64,000 nucleotides of DNA from assembly GCA_012295275.1 (NCBI GenBank), contig CM022674.1, forward strand, positions 10,664,001-10,728,000, in the 5' to 3' direction. The notes under the pieces were generated by a model. The model had not been told where the DNA came from. It was given only the letters and a program-made list of their open reading frames with translations, and made no database searches. Of this stretch, positions 13,801-27,400 are shown one piece after another. The DNA comes from Chrysomallon squamiferum (Eukaryota; Animalia; Mollusca). The position numbers were made by a program, and so were the translations under genes. Every line of letters starts with the position of its first letter. Position 1 is the stretch's first letter.

Positions 13801-16800
13801 AGGCAAAGAAGGAAATAAAAATTGTTTGACATCACAGTGATGTGATAGGACGCAGCTGTGATGTATGTGAACTATATAACATGATATCACAGTAATTATC
13901 ATGACCTACATGAAATCACACAGTGAGAAATGAGATAACATTTATAGTTTACTTGGCCTGTGATATAAAGATAGTATCAGTTGGTGAAATCCTGGCACTT
14001 TTTGTAGCAGCTTAAAATAAATTAATCAGCAGTTTTAACAACTGCCAAAGCATGGCAGTTTTATATTTATTTTATGAAAAGAGAAACCTTTGGAAAAATT
14101 AAACTTAAAATTTTAAAAATTTATAATATAAAAACTAAATATTAAAACATTTAAAATAAAAAAAAATAAAAATAAGTGAATCTATAAAAAAAAAGAAAAA
14201 CAACTGAATAATTTTTATTTTAAAAAGTAATAAAATTAAGAAAAATAATGACACAAACACATAATTTAAGAAAAATAATAATAAAAGATAAAAAAGCAGG
14301 CTTAAGAAAATAATTTACATAAATTTTGTTAAGTAAAGCTTTTCAAAATTGTGATGCCCTATTCCTGTCATTTGAGTTTCTCAAGCAGTGTGATACAAGT
14401 AATTATTTCTGCTTGCTTCCAGCAGAGAACTGACCAGGTTGTGAGTATCACACACAAATGTTTGTGTCTCCTGCAGTTTTCACAACAAAACCACACCACC
14501 AAGTCTAGCTAGCTGTATCTAGTTTATCTAGTAAAAACTATCACATTTAAACTGTAACATAATGAAAGATGTAATCTACATATCACTTCAGAAAAATGTT
14601 TTAGATGTTTTAAAGATAATTTTATACTAAAGATTAAATTTGATTTTCAAGATAATGTATGTATGTTGCCAAGTAATGGATATATATAACTTGCCAGTGA
14701 ATACAATAGATATTTTATCTCATATTATTAAAACTACTGTAAAAAATCTATTATTTATTTCATTCTAAAATTTCCACCCTTATAAAGTAATATAAATATA
14801 TTACATATTTCCTTCATGTCATAAATTACTAATTCATACATTCCATTCATTTCATTCTAATTACTAATACATTTCTGTACTGTCAATTACTCATGACATT
14901 TAGTTTAGATATTAGCAATAGTTAAAACAACAAACATACTGTTTTAGCTGACTTGTTTTAGAGAATACTTTAGATATTACATCGTAGTAATACGAGTTAA
15001 TATTTCCCAGTGATTGTATTAAACTAGGTTACTATCACATTAAATTCTAAATGCCAGTGAGTGAGTACATTTATGTATTTTTCAGATACATAAATATAAT
15101 TAGATAATATAGATATTAATGAGTTTTATTATTCTAGGTTGTAATTAATGTATAAGCTTATAAATGCAAGTCAATAAATTTTACTTTCAATAAAATATTT
15201 ATCTTTTATTTCCATTTTTTTTTTTTTTTTTTTTTGTGGTTATGAATCATAACTGGTACCATTCTTTCTCTCTCCATCTCTGTTCAATCTTTCTCTTCTC
15301 TCTCTCTTCCTCACTATCTCACTCTTCTTCACTCTCTCACTCTTCTTCACTCTCTCTTTTCCTCACTCTCTCACTCTTCCTCACTCTCTCACTCTTCCTC
15401 ACTCTCTCACTCTCTCACTCTCACACTCTCACACTCTCACACTCTCACACTCTTCCTCACTCTTCCTCACTCTTCCTCACTCTCACAATCTTTTTCTGTT
15501 ACACACTTTAAATTACCTTCATTTTCTGGCTGTGAAGATTTGTCTAACTTGTCCACACTGATCTGAGACAGTCTCTTGTTTGTGTCAGCAAGCTCGGCTC
15601 TCAGAATGTTCACCTCCTCATTGGCTGCCTGGATAGAGCCGTCAATTTTCAGTGCCAGCTGTTTGTTCTCATCAACCATTTTGCGAAATTTGGACTGTGC
15701 GTCGAGAAGAAGTCGTCGAATGAGAACCATCGATGAGCGAAGCGTGTCTTGTTCCTTCAGCGACAAGTCCTTCTCCAGGTTGATGTCCACGTTGTTCTGA
15801 GCAAACACATACTGAACAATCTGGTCATTTAGAGAGTCCAGAGACTGGATAGCTGCAAATACAGTTTTAAATATTGTTTAAAATACAATACAGAGACTGG
15901 ACAGCTGAAAATACAGTTTTAGATATTGTTTAAAATACAATACAGTGAGTGGATAGCTGAAAATACTGTTTTAGATATTGTTTAAAATACAATACAGTGA
16001 GTGGATAGCTGAAAATACATATCTAAAATATTGTTTAAAATACAATACAGTGAGTGGAAAGCTGAAAATACAGTTTTAGATATTGTCTAAAATACAATAC
16101 AGAGACTGGATAGCTGAAAATACAGTTTTAAATATTGTTTAAAATACAATACAGTGAGTGGATAGCTGAAAATACAGTTTTAAATATTGTTTAAAATACA
16201 ATACAGAGACTGGATAGCTGAAAATACAGTTTTAAATATTGTTTAAAATACAATACAGAGACTGGATAGCTGAAAATACAGTTTTAAATATTGTTTAAAA
16301 TACAATACAGTGAGTGGATAGCTGAAAATACAGTTTTAGATATTGTCTAAAATACAATACAGAGACTGGATAGCTGAAAATACAGTTTTAGATATTGTTT
16401 AAAATACAATACAGTGAGTGGATAGCTGAAAATACATATCTAAAATATTGTTTAAAATACAATACAGAGACTGGATAGCTGAAAATACAGTTTTAGATAT
16501 TGTCTAAAATACAATACAGTGAGTGGATAGCTGAAAATACAGTTTTAAATATTGTTTAAAATACAATACAGTGAGTGGATAGCTGAAAATACAATTAAAC
16601 TATTGTTTAAAACAATTTGATGAAGGGATGCCTGAAAATCATATTTCAATAAACAAAACCTGGGTAGATGAAATTACTGTAAAGAATATAATTATTGACA
16701 ACTGAAAATGCAATATTAAAATATTGTTTACAGTATACTTCAGTGATCAGATAGTTGAAATATACAATTTAAAAATAATGTTTACTGGTAATTATTATTA

Positions 16801-17141
16801 TTATTATTTTTTTATTATTATTATTTTCAGCAAACTGTTCAAAATTTGGATATCTTAAAATACAATTTTAAAATATTATATTTAGTTTACAATCTGGTCA
16901 TTTAGAAAAATCTGAATAATTTTGAATCGAGACAATGAATTAATAAAAATACAATATTTTCTTTTGCTATTACAGTATGAAAAATAATTTCACCTGTATA
17001 ATGTAAATCTGTAGTTTTATTACTGAGAAATCATAGTTTATGAAAAATAGAATAAAACCAAATAAAACACTTTCTGTTTTTGAGTTAAAGATGCAGAAAC
17101 AAAAAAATTGGATTTACTCATTCATATATTTATACAGCTAG

Positions 17142-17187
<46 letters not shown>

Positions 17188-20100
17188 TCAATCACACTTA
17201 AAAATACACTGACTAAAACACAGTACCTGAAACAAAACTCTCACATTCATCATTCTGCGACAACACCTCCGAGTCTTTAGACATTATTTTGAGAATTTAT
17301 CATTCCTTCCCCTCCTTTGTTTGTCAACTATTTTTAAAACAACAAGAACTCAACAACAACACTGAGTGAGAGGTGAAGTGACAACTGGAACAGGTTTTAC
17401 TGTTTGCTTTAAATTACTAGAGGTGCAATCACCCAGAGTCTCCCCAGTCAGGTTATTTCAGGTTATGTCACTGATCAGTTTATTACCAATCAGCCCCCAG
17501 CACTGTTACCACGTATTTCACAGAACACTGTGACCTGTCTCTAGTATCACATAGCAGTCGGCAACTAAATTTTGAATTTTGAAATTTTGAAAAAAAAATT
17601 GAACGTCATTTGAAAATAGAGCTTGTACATGCTTGTACTTGTGCATGCATGTATGTGTGTATGTGTGTGTGCATTTTTATTTATTAAAAAAAAAATTAAG
17701 TTGTATTTTCAAGTAATTTATAAAAATAAGTTTATATATATATATAATTAAAATCAGTTGAAAATGCAGCTTGTTTCAACCTGTTCTCTCATGTAAAATG
17801 TAAATATTCTGTCTTATTTGATTTTAATAGAACTTGTCTATCAAATGGATTCAAAATAATAACTCTCAAAGTTATTTTTCATACAGCTGTTCTTACAAAA
17901 TCTACAATATCTACATAATACTTTTTTCTTCACTAAATTCAGTTCTTGAATTATTATTATCATTATTTATTATTATTTATTATTATTATTATTATTATTA
18001 TATTAGCATGTAGAGGTAGTATTAGTAGTTGTAGAAGAAGCATTCAGTAATCTTGAAATACTGGTAATTCAGAGAATAATAAAATAATTTTCTGTTTGTA
18101 ACAGTCTTTATCAAAAGCTCGTAACAACTTGACTTTTTTTGTGAATACAGATGAACTAGTTTCCAGCTGTGACCTCATTTCAAGTGGGGTATCTCTTTGT
18201 TAATGATCTGTCTTCCAATACACATGTATTACACACCCTTAATTTATATCTTGCTGTGTGTAGTATTCACAGATATACAATATGTTCTGGTAATATAGAA
18301 AATATAATAAATGTTTTATTTAATATTCATAATTTATATAGAACACTATTTTCCTGATACAAATTTTAGTCACCAGATGTACTATGCAGGTATATAACAT
18401 CTCACTGTATATGGTTTATTATATAGTTTATTCAGATTTACTATTTATAGAATAGAGATGATGTAATAACCATACCACCAGAGTATATTCAGATTATGTA
18501 AAAGATTATCATTTCTAATATTATATAGAATATATCACCGTTTGTACTATTACTGATTTTACTTACTTTCCATAATACATAGATAATATAATTTTACTGT
18601 TTATACAGAGATTATACTAGTTTATATAAATTAATATAATACTTACTGCTTGAATTATTTAACAGTTTACTGTCACAGAATATCCAGATTACAAATTTTA
18701 CTTTTGTAATGTAATCCAGACAATAAAAACTGCAATCCAAAGTTTATCTGGCTGTAAAACTTCTTGTACATTATTCAAATTACACAAATCTTCCTGTTAC
18801 ATGTAAACAAACCATTTATCAAAAAGAATGCATTTAGACAAAAAGGAAGAAAAAAAATAAAACATTCAACAAAAATTCCAACTTAGATTACTCACAATTT
18901 TTTTCTCAGAACCTAAAAGCCTGCAAGTGACTAAAACAGGGAGATATCTCCTCTTCCTCACATCCAGTTATTCTCCCCCTGATACACTTTGAATAAATAA
19001 ATTCCACGAAACATCTTGAATTCTTCATATTCTAACTTACACCTGCCAAATAACCACGAGAGCTCATTTCTTATTGGACAGCTCAGTTCTTATCCAAACT
19101 TAAATGGTATAAACTGATAAGCAGAGTGTATTACCAGGAGAAACAAACCTCTGATTACATTTATAAAACATACACCATCTTGTGGCCACTCATACTGTGT
19201 GCAAAACATTCACTGAAAAGAAGATAAATGTTGTTTTTTCGTACCAACACCGAGAGTGAGGAATGCACCTGTTGTGTAAGAATTTTGTTCAAAAACATGC
19301 AAGTCTATCAGTTACATGGCTGTGGTTTTTGATTTTTATACATTATGTCAGAGACAGGGTAAAAAAGATGTTGTTTATAACACAAGGGAGTAAGATGTGT
19401 AGTAATGATGAGTTTTTGAAAAACATGCAAGTCTATCAGTTACACTAGCTTTGGCTTTTGATTTTTATCTACCATGGCTGAGAATAAATGTTTACAAGGT
19501 TAAGAAAGACATTTGTAAAACTGAGGAGATATTCAAGAAGATTCAAGTCTATCATTAACTTAGCTTTGGCTTTTGATTTCTATAATCAGTGTTGTCAGAA
19601 GAATAAAACAAGTTTTGTAAGTAAAATAGAGAGACATGTAACATTAATGAGATATTCAAAAATATTCAAGTCTATCATTTACAGTAGCTTAGGCTTTCAA
19701 TTTTTTTATAGAGTGTCAGAGACAAGGGAAAACATTTTAATGTAAAACAGACATTTGTAACAATGATGAGATTCAAGAAATTCAAATCTATCATTTACAC
19801 TAATTTAACACTTTTTAAATATGTCACATGCAAGAATAATAAAAAGTATTTTTAAGATAAGATAGAGAAACTTGTAAGAATGAGGAGTAATTCAAGAACA
19901 TGCAAAAAACTTTACACATACATCTATTTCATGTCTTTTTATACAGATGGATGGAATGATACAGAAAATTATTTGTGAGGTTGGGTAGACACATCAAAAA
20001 AGATAAAAAATGTTCTTGAAAAAGTTGGTTTCTTTTAAAGATTATAATAGCATGCTGTATTTTTTTCATATTACTGAGTTACTATTTTCTATAATAACTG

Positions 20101-23100
20101 ACAGACAACAAGGATGACTGAATTAAAGAAGGGAAAGAAATAATGGTAAAGTAACAAACAGAACAAAACATCTAAAAGAAAAATGATTTTATTTTAAAGT
20201 GCTTATGTCCATGATGAATAGTTTTAATGTCTATGTGATCTTGCCAAGGATATAGTCTGTTTAATATTCAATCAAAATTTATTTATTTTTTAAAACATGA
20301 CAGATAAAAAAACCTTTTAATTTACCAGAGGTTTTGGTTTACTGTTTATTCTATCTGAATGCATTTTACTTCTAATACAGAATAAATGGGCACATCATCC
20401 TACTTTACCACACAGATAGGTCTAAGACACAACATCTGTTCAGTTTAAACATCACATCTAATTACATCTAAAATATCTATCTCTATCTCTATCTCCCTCC
20501 CTTTCTCTCTCTATATGTCTATATATATATGTATATATGATGGATGACATAACCTTCATCTTTACCAGAGATTGCTAATGCATATCTATTCAATCTACAC
20601 TTAATATCTATTTATATCTAACAGAGAATGGAGGAACATAATTTTACCACAGTCAGGATATCTACTCCAGTCAGTTACACATTTTACAACACATCCAGTG
20701 TCAAACAGCTGAATGCAAAAGAATGACCGTAGATGTAAAGAAAAATAAATATTCATAACCATTTCACACTGACTTAGTAACTACTTCATTCTGAAAACAC
20801 GTTTTTTCTCTCATAAATATCAAATTACAAATGGATGAATGGACAGACAAAATGAGGATCAATGATAGAAGGAAGAAATACAAGAAAGATTGTACACTGA
20901 ATGTTCAGAAAGGACATTAAATTTTATATATTTTTTTAAATTAAATGAATTGTAATGAAAACAAAATTGTGTTAAATGCCTTAGAGGAATTTAGAAACTT
21001 GGTGAACACTGTAAATAGAAGTAATTGTTAGGTTGTGTGAGAGATTGCAGGGGTTGCAGAGTTGTGTGTTGTGCAGAGCCAGCGAGGAATGTGTCAGAGT
21101 GTAAACAAGTACATGTTAACTTCACACAGAACCCTTTACAAAACACCAGCTAATTAGACAGATATCTCAACCATGTTAAACAGATATCTCAACCATGTTA
21201 AAACAGATATCTCAACTGTGTTAAAACAGATATCTAAACCATGTTAAAACAGATATCTCAACCATGTTAAAACAGATATCTCAACTGTGTTAAAACAGAT
21301 ATCTCAATTGTGTTAAAATAGATATCTCAACCATGTTAAAATAGATATCTCAACCATGTTAAAATAGATATCTCAACCGTGTTAAAACATATCTCAACTG
21401 TGTTAAAACAGATATCTCAACCATGTTAAAACAGATATCTCAACCATGTTAAAATAGATATCTAAACTGTTAAAATACATATCTCAATCTTGTTAAAATT
21501 GTAAAGTAATTTTTAGTTTAGTATAAGATTACATGTTACAGTTACAACAGATATTTGGAACTACATTAAAATAACTATTAGTTTAGATACAAAATTATAT
21601 TTTACATTAATTAATTAAATAGATACCAGAACTACATTATATAAGAATATCTGCTAAATCTTGCCTATGGATGTATGAATGTATAGATGGATGATAGACA
21701 GATGGATTGAAAGAGAAATGGACAACAGATACCTTCTGAAGAACTAATATTAGTACAAGAACCACAGGTGGGAATATATGAAGTAGAAAAATTATGGGAA
21801 TACTAAAATATGAAAAACTGGGAATATTGGAAGTAGGAAAACTGTGGAATACTGGAAGTAGGAAAAGTAGTTGAAAATGAAACATGTGGGAATGTTGGAA
21901 GTAGACAACATGTGGAAATGTTGAAACTAGCACACAGACAGAACAACTCTATTTTGAGAACAAAATGTCATGACACAGTTCTGCATGTAGCAACTGGAAC
22001 AGTTGTCAGTCCAGTATCATAGAGCAGTTTTCAGGGGACAAAACTTTACTCAGTGACACCCCCCTCTCACCACAGGACTATTTCAAGCCCCCCACCCACC
22101 CCCCTCACAGAAAGTTAACTGACAAATAGAAAAGTTATGTAAAGGTCAAACCATTCATGTTTTTTTTTTTTTTGAGCTGAATTGCAAAGTGTGCAGGATA
22201 TTCACTGAACTGCAAAGTGTGCAGGATATTCACATGCTCTGGGAAAAGTATCTCATGACAGCAGGGAAAATTATTTCAGTGAGAAAAAAAAAATGTTTGA
22301 AAAAAGATGACAGTGTGTGTATGCATGCATGTGTGTGTGTGTGTGTACAGTGTATATGACTGTTAAAAAATGTAACAGAATCTATGTTTTTTTGCATAAT
22401 TTTGTCTAGACATATAAATGTAATATTGAACACTGCTTGGTTTTTATATTGGCAAGTTTCTGTCATTCTGTCTGTGTGTGTGTGTGTGTGTGTGTAAGTG
22501 TGTGTTTCTGTGTGTTTATTTCTGTATTTAAGAAGCAAAAAGGTACAGTAAACTGAGCTCTTACAAAACTAAAAATATCTGAGTGATATAACTGATGTGT
22601 TTGTGTTGTACAAATTGATTTATAATAGTCTGTACCCCAGGCTAGCCAAGCACTGTTTATATAAACTCAAGTTCACATTTCCTCCTGTAATTGAATGAAA
22701 AGTTTTAGATCTTTTATGAAAACAACACCCTGAAACACACCTACACCTTCAAGCATGTTAATAGTCAAACAGAACCTTTTTTGTTGAAAAGAATAAATAA
22801 CTGTAGCAGATCTCATAATGGAAAGAAATAGTTTTTTTTAGAAAATACAATATGAAAGAAAGAAAGGGTTTTTTTTGAAGATATAATATAAAAGAAAATG
22901 TCTCTATTGTGCAAACTTAGTTATAATGAATTTCTGCTGTGCTGTTAAAAAAAAAAAAAAAAAAAAAATTTGAAAAACTGAAAATAATTAAAAACAATTT
23001 TGAAGAGAGCTGGGTTTTCCTTTTATCATTATTATTATTATTATCTTCTGTTTTCATTTTTGTTGTTGTTGATAATTCTTTTTCTGTCTGGGATTCATAT

Positions 23101-24298
23101 TAGCATATGATTACATTAGAAATAGCATTTTCTTCCTTCTTCAAGAGCAAAAATTGTTTAAACTTTATTATAAATGTTTTTGTTCTTTTTAAAAGACTTT
23201 TTTTTATAATAATAATGATAATGAGAATGAGAATGATTATAACAATTATTGAGATTAGTCTACTTGAAAAAAGTTCTTATCACTATGACAACAAACTCTG
23301 CCAGTGCAGTGCGTGTCATTAACAAGTGGCAATGATTAATGCAGTGTTATGTGCCCCAGACACAAATCCAATAATTATGTAACCATGGCAACAGACTGGT
23401 CACAGCAACAGCTGTAACTTGCTTTTAGTGTGATAACAACTCAAAATTAATGATAATTAGTTAAGTAACAATGGACATCGCTCAATGACAAATCATTAAT
23501 ATTTTATTAATCAGCGACTAAGTGTTAATGGTGCACACATTCAACCATGCCAGACTTAGATCCATCCATCTGTCCATCTACTAATGAAATGTCCAAATTG
23601 CAATCACTCTTCTGGTCAGAGTAAAGGCTCCCAGAAGTGATAAAATAAAAATTATTTATCATGTGATACATTTTATCGAGAAAATTGGCTTTAAATTGTA
23701 ACATCTGTAAACAGGTTACAACTGTAAGAATCAGCTGGACAGTAAAGAAATATTTTCATTAAAAATACAAAATGTACTTGCGTATTTATTTTTTTAAGTG
23801 ATTTGTATTAGAATGATGATTATTGTAATAGATGGGTTACTTGATTAACCTGTTTTTGTAGTAGATGTGTTATAAAGAAACATGAAGAAATCTCACATTG
23901 ACCTGCTCAGTTTGATTAACAAGTTCTTTTATAAGTTCTGTTTTATAAGTAACCATTGCCTCTGATACATTGTGTCTGTGTGTCTGTGTTTGTGTGTCTG
24001 TGTTTGTGTGTGTGTGTTACAGCTGTGTGAATGTTTTTTTACAAGCAGGAGTAAATCCAGAATTAAAGAAGAGTATTTTGTGTATAACTCTTGAAACTGT
24101 ATATTTTGTTTCCATCAGCACCCACAAATAAAATAAACAAATAAATAAAATGAAAGAATCAGAAGAATACACAAAGACAGATGTTATAAAAAATGTATAT
24201 TGTTTCACCTGTGATACAGAAAACCAGGTGTGATGAAATAAGATAAAAGCTTTGTATACCTATATGAGGTGTATCAAGTGTTTTACATAGATATATTC

Positions 24299-24336
<38 letters not shown>

Positions 24337-24354
24337 ATGTGTGTGTGTGTGTGT

Positions 24355-24400
<46 letters not shown>

Positions 24401-27400
24401 TACTGTTCAGATTATTGTTTAAATTACTGTTCTATTTCAATGAAAAAATATTAGTATTTTTAATACTACAACTAGTACAGTGACTTAAACCACTACTACA
24501 TTTGTTTCTGCTGTCACTAATGTTACATATCCTGCTAATAGTGTTTATTTATTAATATTAGTCATTCTTTTCTGCTTTTTCTGTATTTTTAAATCATTTA
24601 TGGGATTAATTTAAAAAAATGCCTTTTGAGGAATTTAGAAACTTGGTGAACACTGTAAGTAGAAGTAATTGTTAGGTTGTGTGAGAGATTGCAGGGGTTG
24701 CAGAGTTTGTGTTGTGCAGAGCCAGTGAGGAATGTTTAATGAAATCTGAATTGTTAATGTGTGTGGGTTTCTGTATTTAATTTCAGAACTGACTTGTACA
24801 TCATTACTGTCATCACACCTGTGGTATACCAGTTATTACATAACTGTTCCTATTACAATCACTGTCTCATTACCAGTGTTACATACAGGTGTTACATACA
24901 AGTGTTACATACAAGTGTTACATACAAGTGTTACGTACAGAATCACACAAGATGCTGTGAGGCCATCCCAGTGAAACATTAATGGTCTGAACTCAAATTA
25001 TTGTGGTTTGTTCTAAGACAAAACAGAACTCTAAATAATAAAGAACTATGTAGACCATAAAAATAAAATTAAAAGCAAAATTAAAACTAAAATGTGTTAT
25101 GATATATTAATGATCAAAGAAGAATGATATTTATAATGATTATGATTATGATGATAATAAATGTGATAATGTTGATAAAGCTAATAATGATGACTTTAAT
25201 CTTGGAAAAATAAAACAGTTAATATTCCTATGTGATCATGTGACAAATATTAAGTAACAAAAAAGTCATGTCACATCAACAACAGAGACGTTGTCATTGT
25301 GAGATGTCCCTGTGACGTGAGAAACGTGGAGACAGCATCAGTACAATTACCTGTGAGCAGGCTGTGTACACATGCACTGAATGTACTCTTTGAACCCTCT
25401 ATCTGCCGCTTCACGTAATCACACGAGTGTAATGCATGATTTAATGAAATGTAATGTAAACTATCAGAAGTGCGTTCACTTTCCACTGCTCGATATGCAA
25501 TATGAGAATTCCCATTTTCTTTTAAAGTGATAAGAATGAATTAATTTAAACTTTCATTCTAAAGTTCATTTTAATATCTTTAAATTTTATGCAGACTTTC
25601 TTTAAGTTCATTTTAACCTCAAAATGTAATAGAATTTTTTATTAATATTAGGACAGGAAATATTTTAATATTGTTATACAAACTGTTATTACTGTTGCTG
25701 CTGCTATTGCTACTATATTATTACTACTACTACTACAACCATTGCTGCTGCTCCAACAGCTATATATAATAACAATAAAAACAACAATAATAATAATAAT
25801 AATACTTATAATAATAAATCGTAATAATAGCATAATGTTACAAAACTACTACTTACTGGTGATAGCAATAATAATGGTAAAAAAAGCCAGCAGTAAGACA
25901 GAGTACAGTTCAAGGTTCAGTCCTATCAGAAAAGAAGTATGACTGGTATGATATACAGAGATAAATAAGCAGTTTGTGTGACACTTTCATGCAATAAAAT
26001 AATTATGTCCTTATCTCAAAACATATCTCATTTCTTTGTCTGTTTCAGATTAAATTAATTTAAAAAAAAAAAAAAAAATTCTCACAAAAACACATTATTT
26101 AGTCATTTTTCCATCACATGCAGAAACCTCAGGATGATAAAGTCACATTCCATAACTGAAAGCAGCTGACACATTTAAAATGTTTCTTACATCACAAGTT
26201 TAGCCTGAAAGAGTTTTATCAGAAAATGATGCTAATCAAAAGAAAGCACTTCAATTGCCTTCATTACTGATAAAACTCCAGTAAAAATACTACAGAGTGA
26301 AAATAATCCAGTGAAATCTAGAAACATTTTATCTGTGTAACATGTCAGTAAAAAAAAAAAATGCAATACAATAGATAAACAAACAAACAAACAAATTAAT
26401 GATTGAATGAATAAATAAAAAAAAGTCGTATTGTACAATAATATTTTAGTAAAAAACCTCATCAGATATAAAGCAATATTCTAGCAAAAATATAACTAAT
26501 TATAAAGTAATATTGCAGTAAAAATATAATATTGTAAAATATGATTCCAGTAAAAATATAATATTGTAAAATATGATTCCAGTAAAAATATTACTAATTA
26601 CTAATTATCATCATTGTAGCATTATCTCTTATAAAATAACATCCTAAAAAATATTACCTTTTGTAAAATATCATCTGAATACTTTTATAATAGTAATAAT
26701 AATAATAACAATAATAATAACAATAATAATAATGAAAATTATCAAAATAATGATAATGATGATGATGATAATAATAATACAAATAATAATAAAAGCAAAA
26801 ACAACAAAAACTAAGATAATAGTAGTAAATCAGCCCTGCTAGGAGACTGTTACCTGTTTGTAAACTGCACTGTGTTGCAGGGAGTCACACAAGGTGCTGC
26901 TGTTTCTGTGATGACTAAATCCAGCTCACAGACAAAAAGCTTCATATCAAGAATAAATTAGCAACATGCCAATGGAGGACACAAAATACCGTCACATGCA
27001 GATTTCTTTGCAAGGCAAACACACACACACACATGCTCGCTCAATTGCATGTGCAGAGCATGCCTGCAAGCAGAAACCTGGGGTCACATTGATTTTCAGT
27101 TGAATTCAGTCAGTGTCAATAGAAACTGATTTCTAGTGAAGATTGCCTGAATAACTGAAGCCATTGTTAGAAGACAAGAATTGTAAAAAGTTAAGAGGGA
27201 AAAATAAAGAATGACAGAAATTTGAAGTGAAGGCAAAAATCAATGTTTCAAATTTAGTCAGGAAATGAAGTAAATAGAAATGAAAAATAATAAAATTCAA
27301 ATGAAATTAAAAGTTTCTTCCTGTTTTATGACTTAAAGAAATAGAAAGCATTTCCCAAAATAGCAAATTTAATTATTTTTAGAAATAAAATAAGGTTTTC

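Noticed and set aside
4841-21498. Regular 35-, 52-, 60- and 23-bp arrays as CRISPR arrays
   Set aside because: Units are head-to-tail with no unique spacers, no cas genes, and lie in introns of a eukaryotic gene
20974-24735. LTR retrotransposon or TRIM bounded by the direct repeats
   Set aside because: No TG..CA termini, primer-binding site, polypurine tract or gag/pol ORF
26854-26945. Open ATG-to-donor unit MKLFVCELD...
   Set aside because: Ends in phase 2, incompatible with exon 2 (phase 1)
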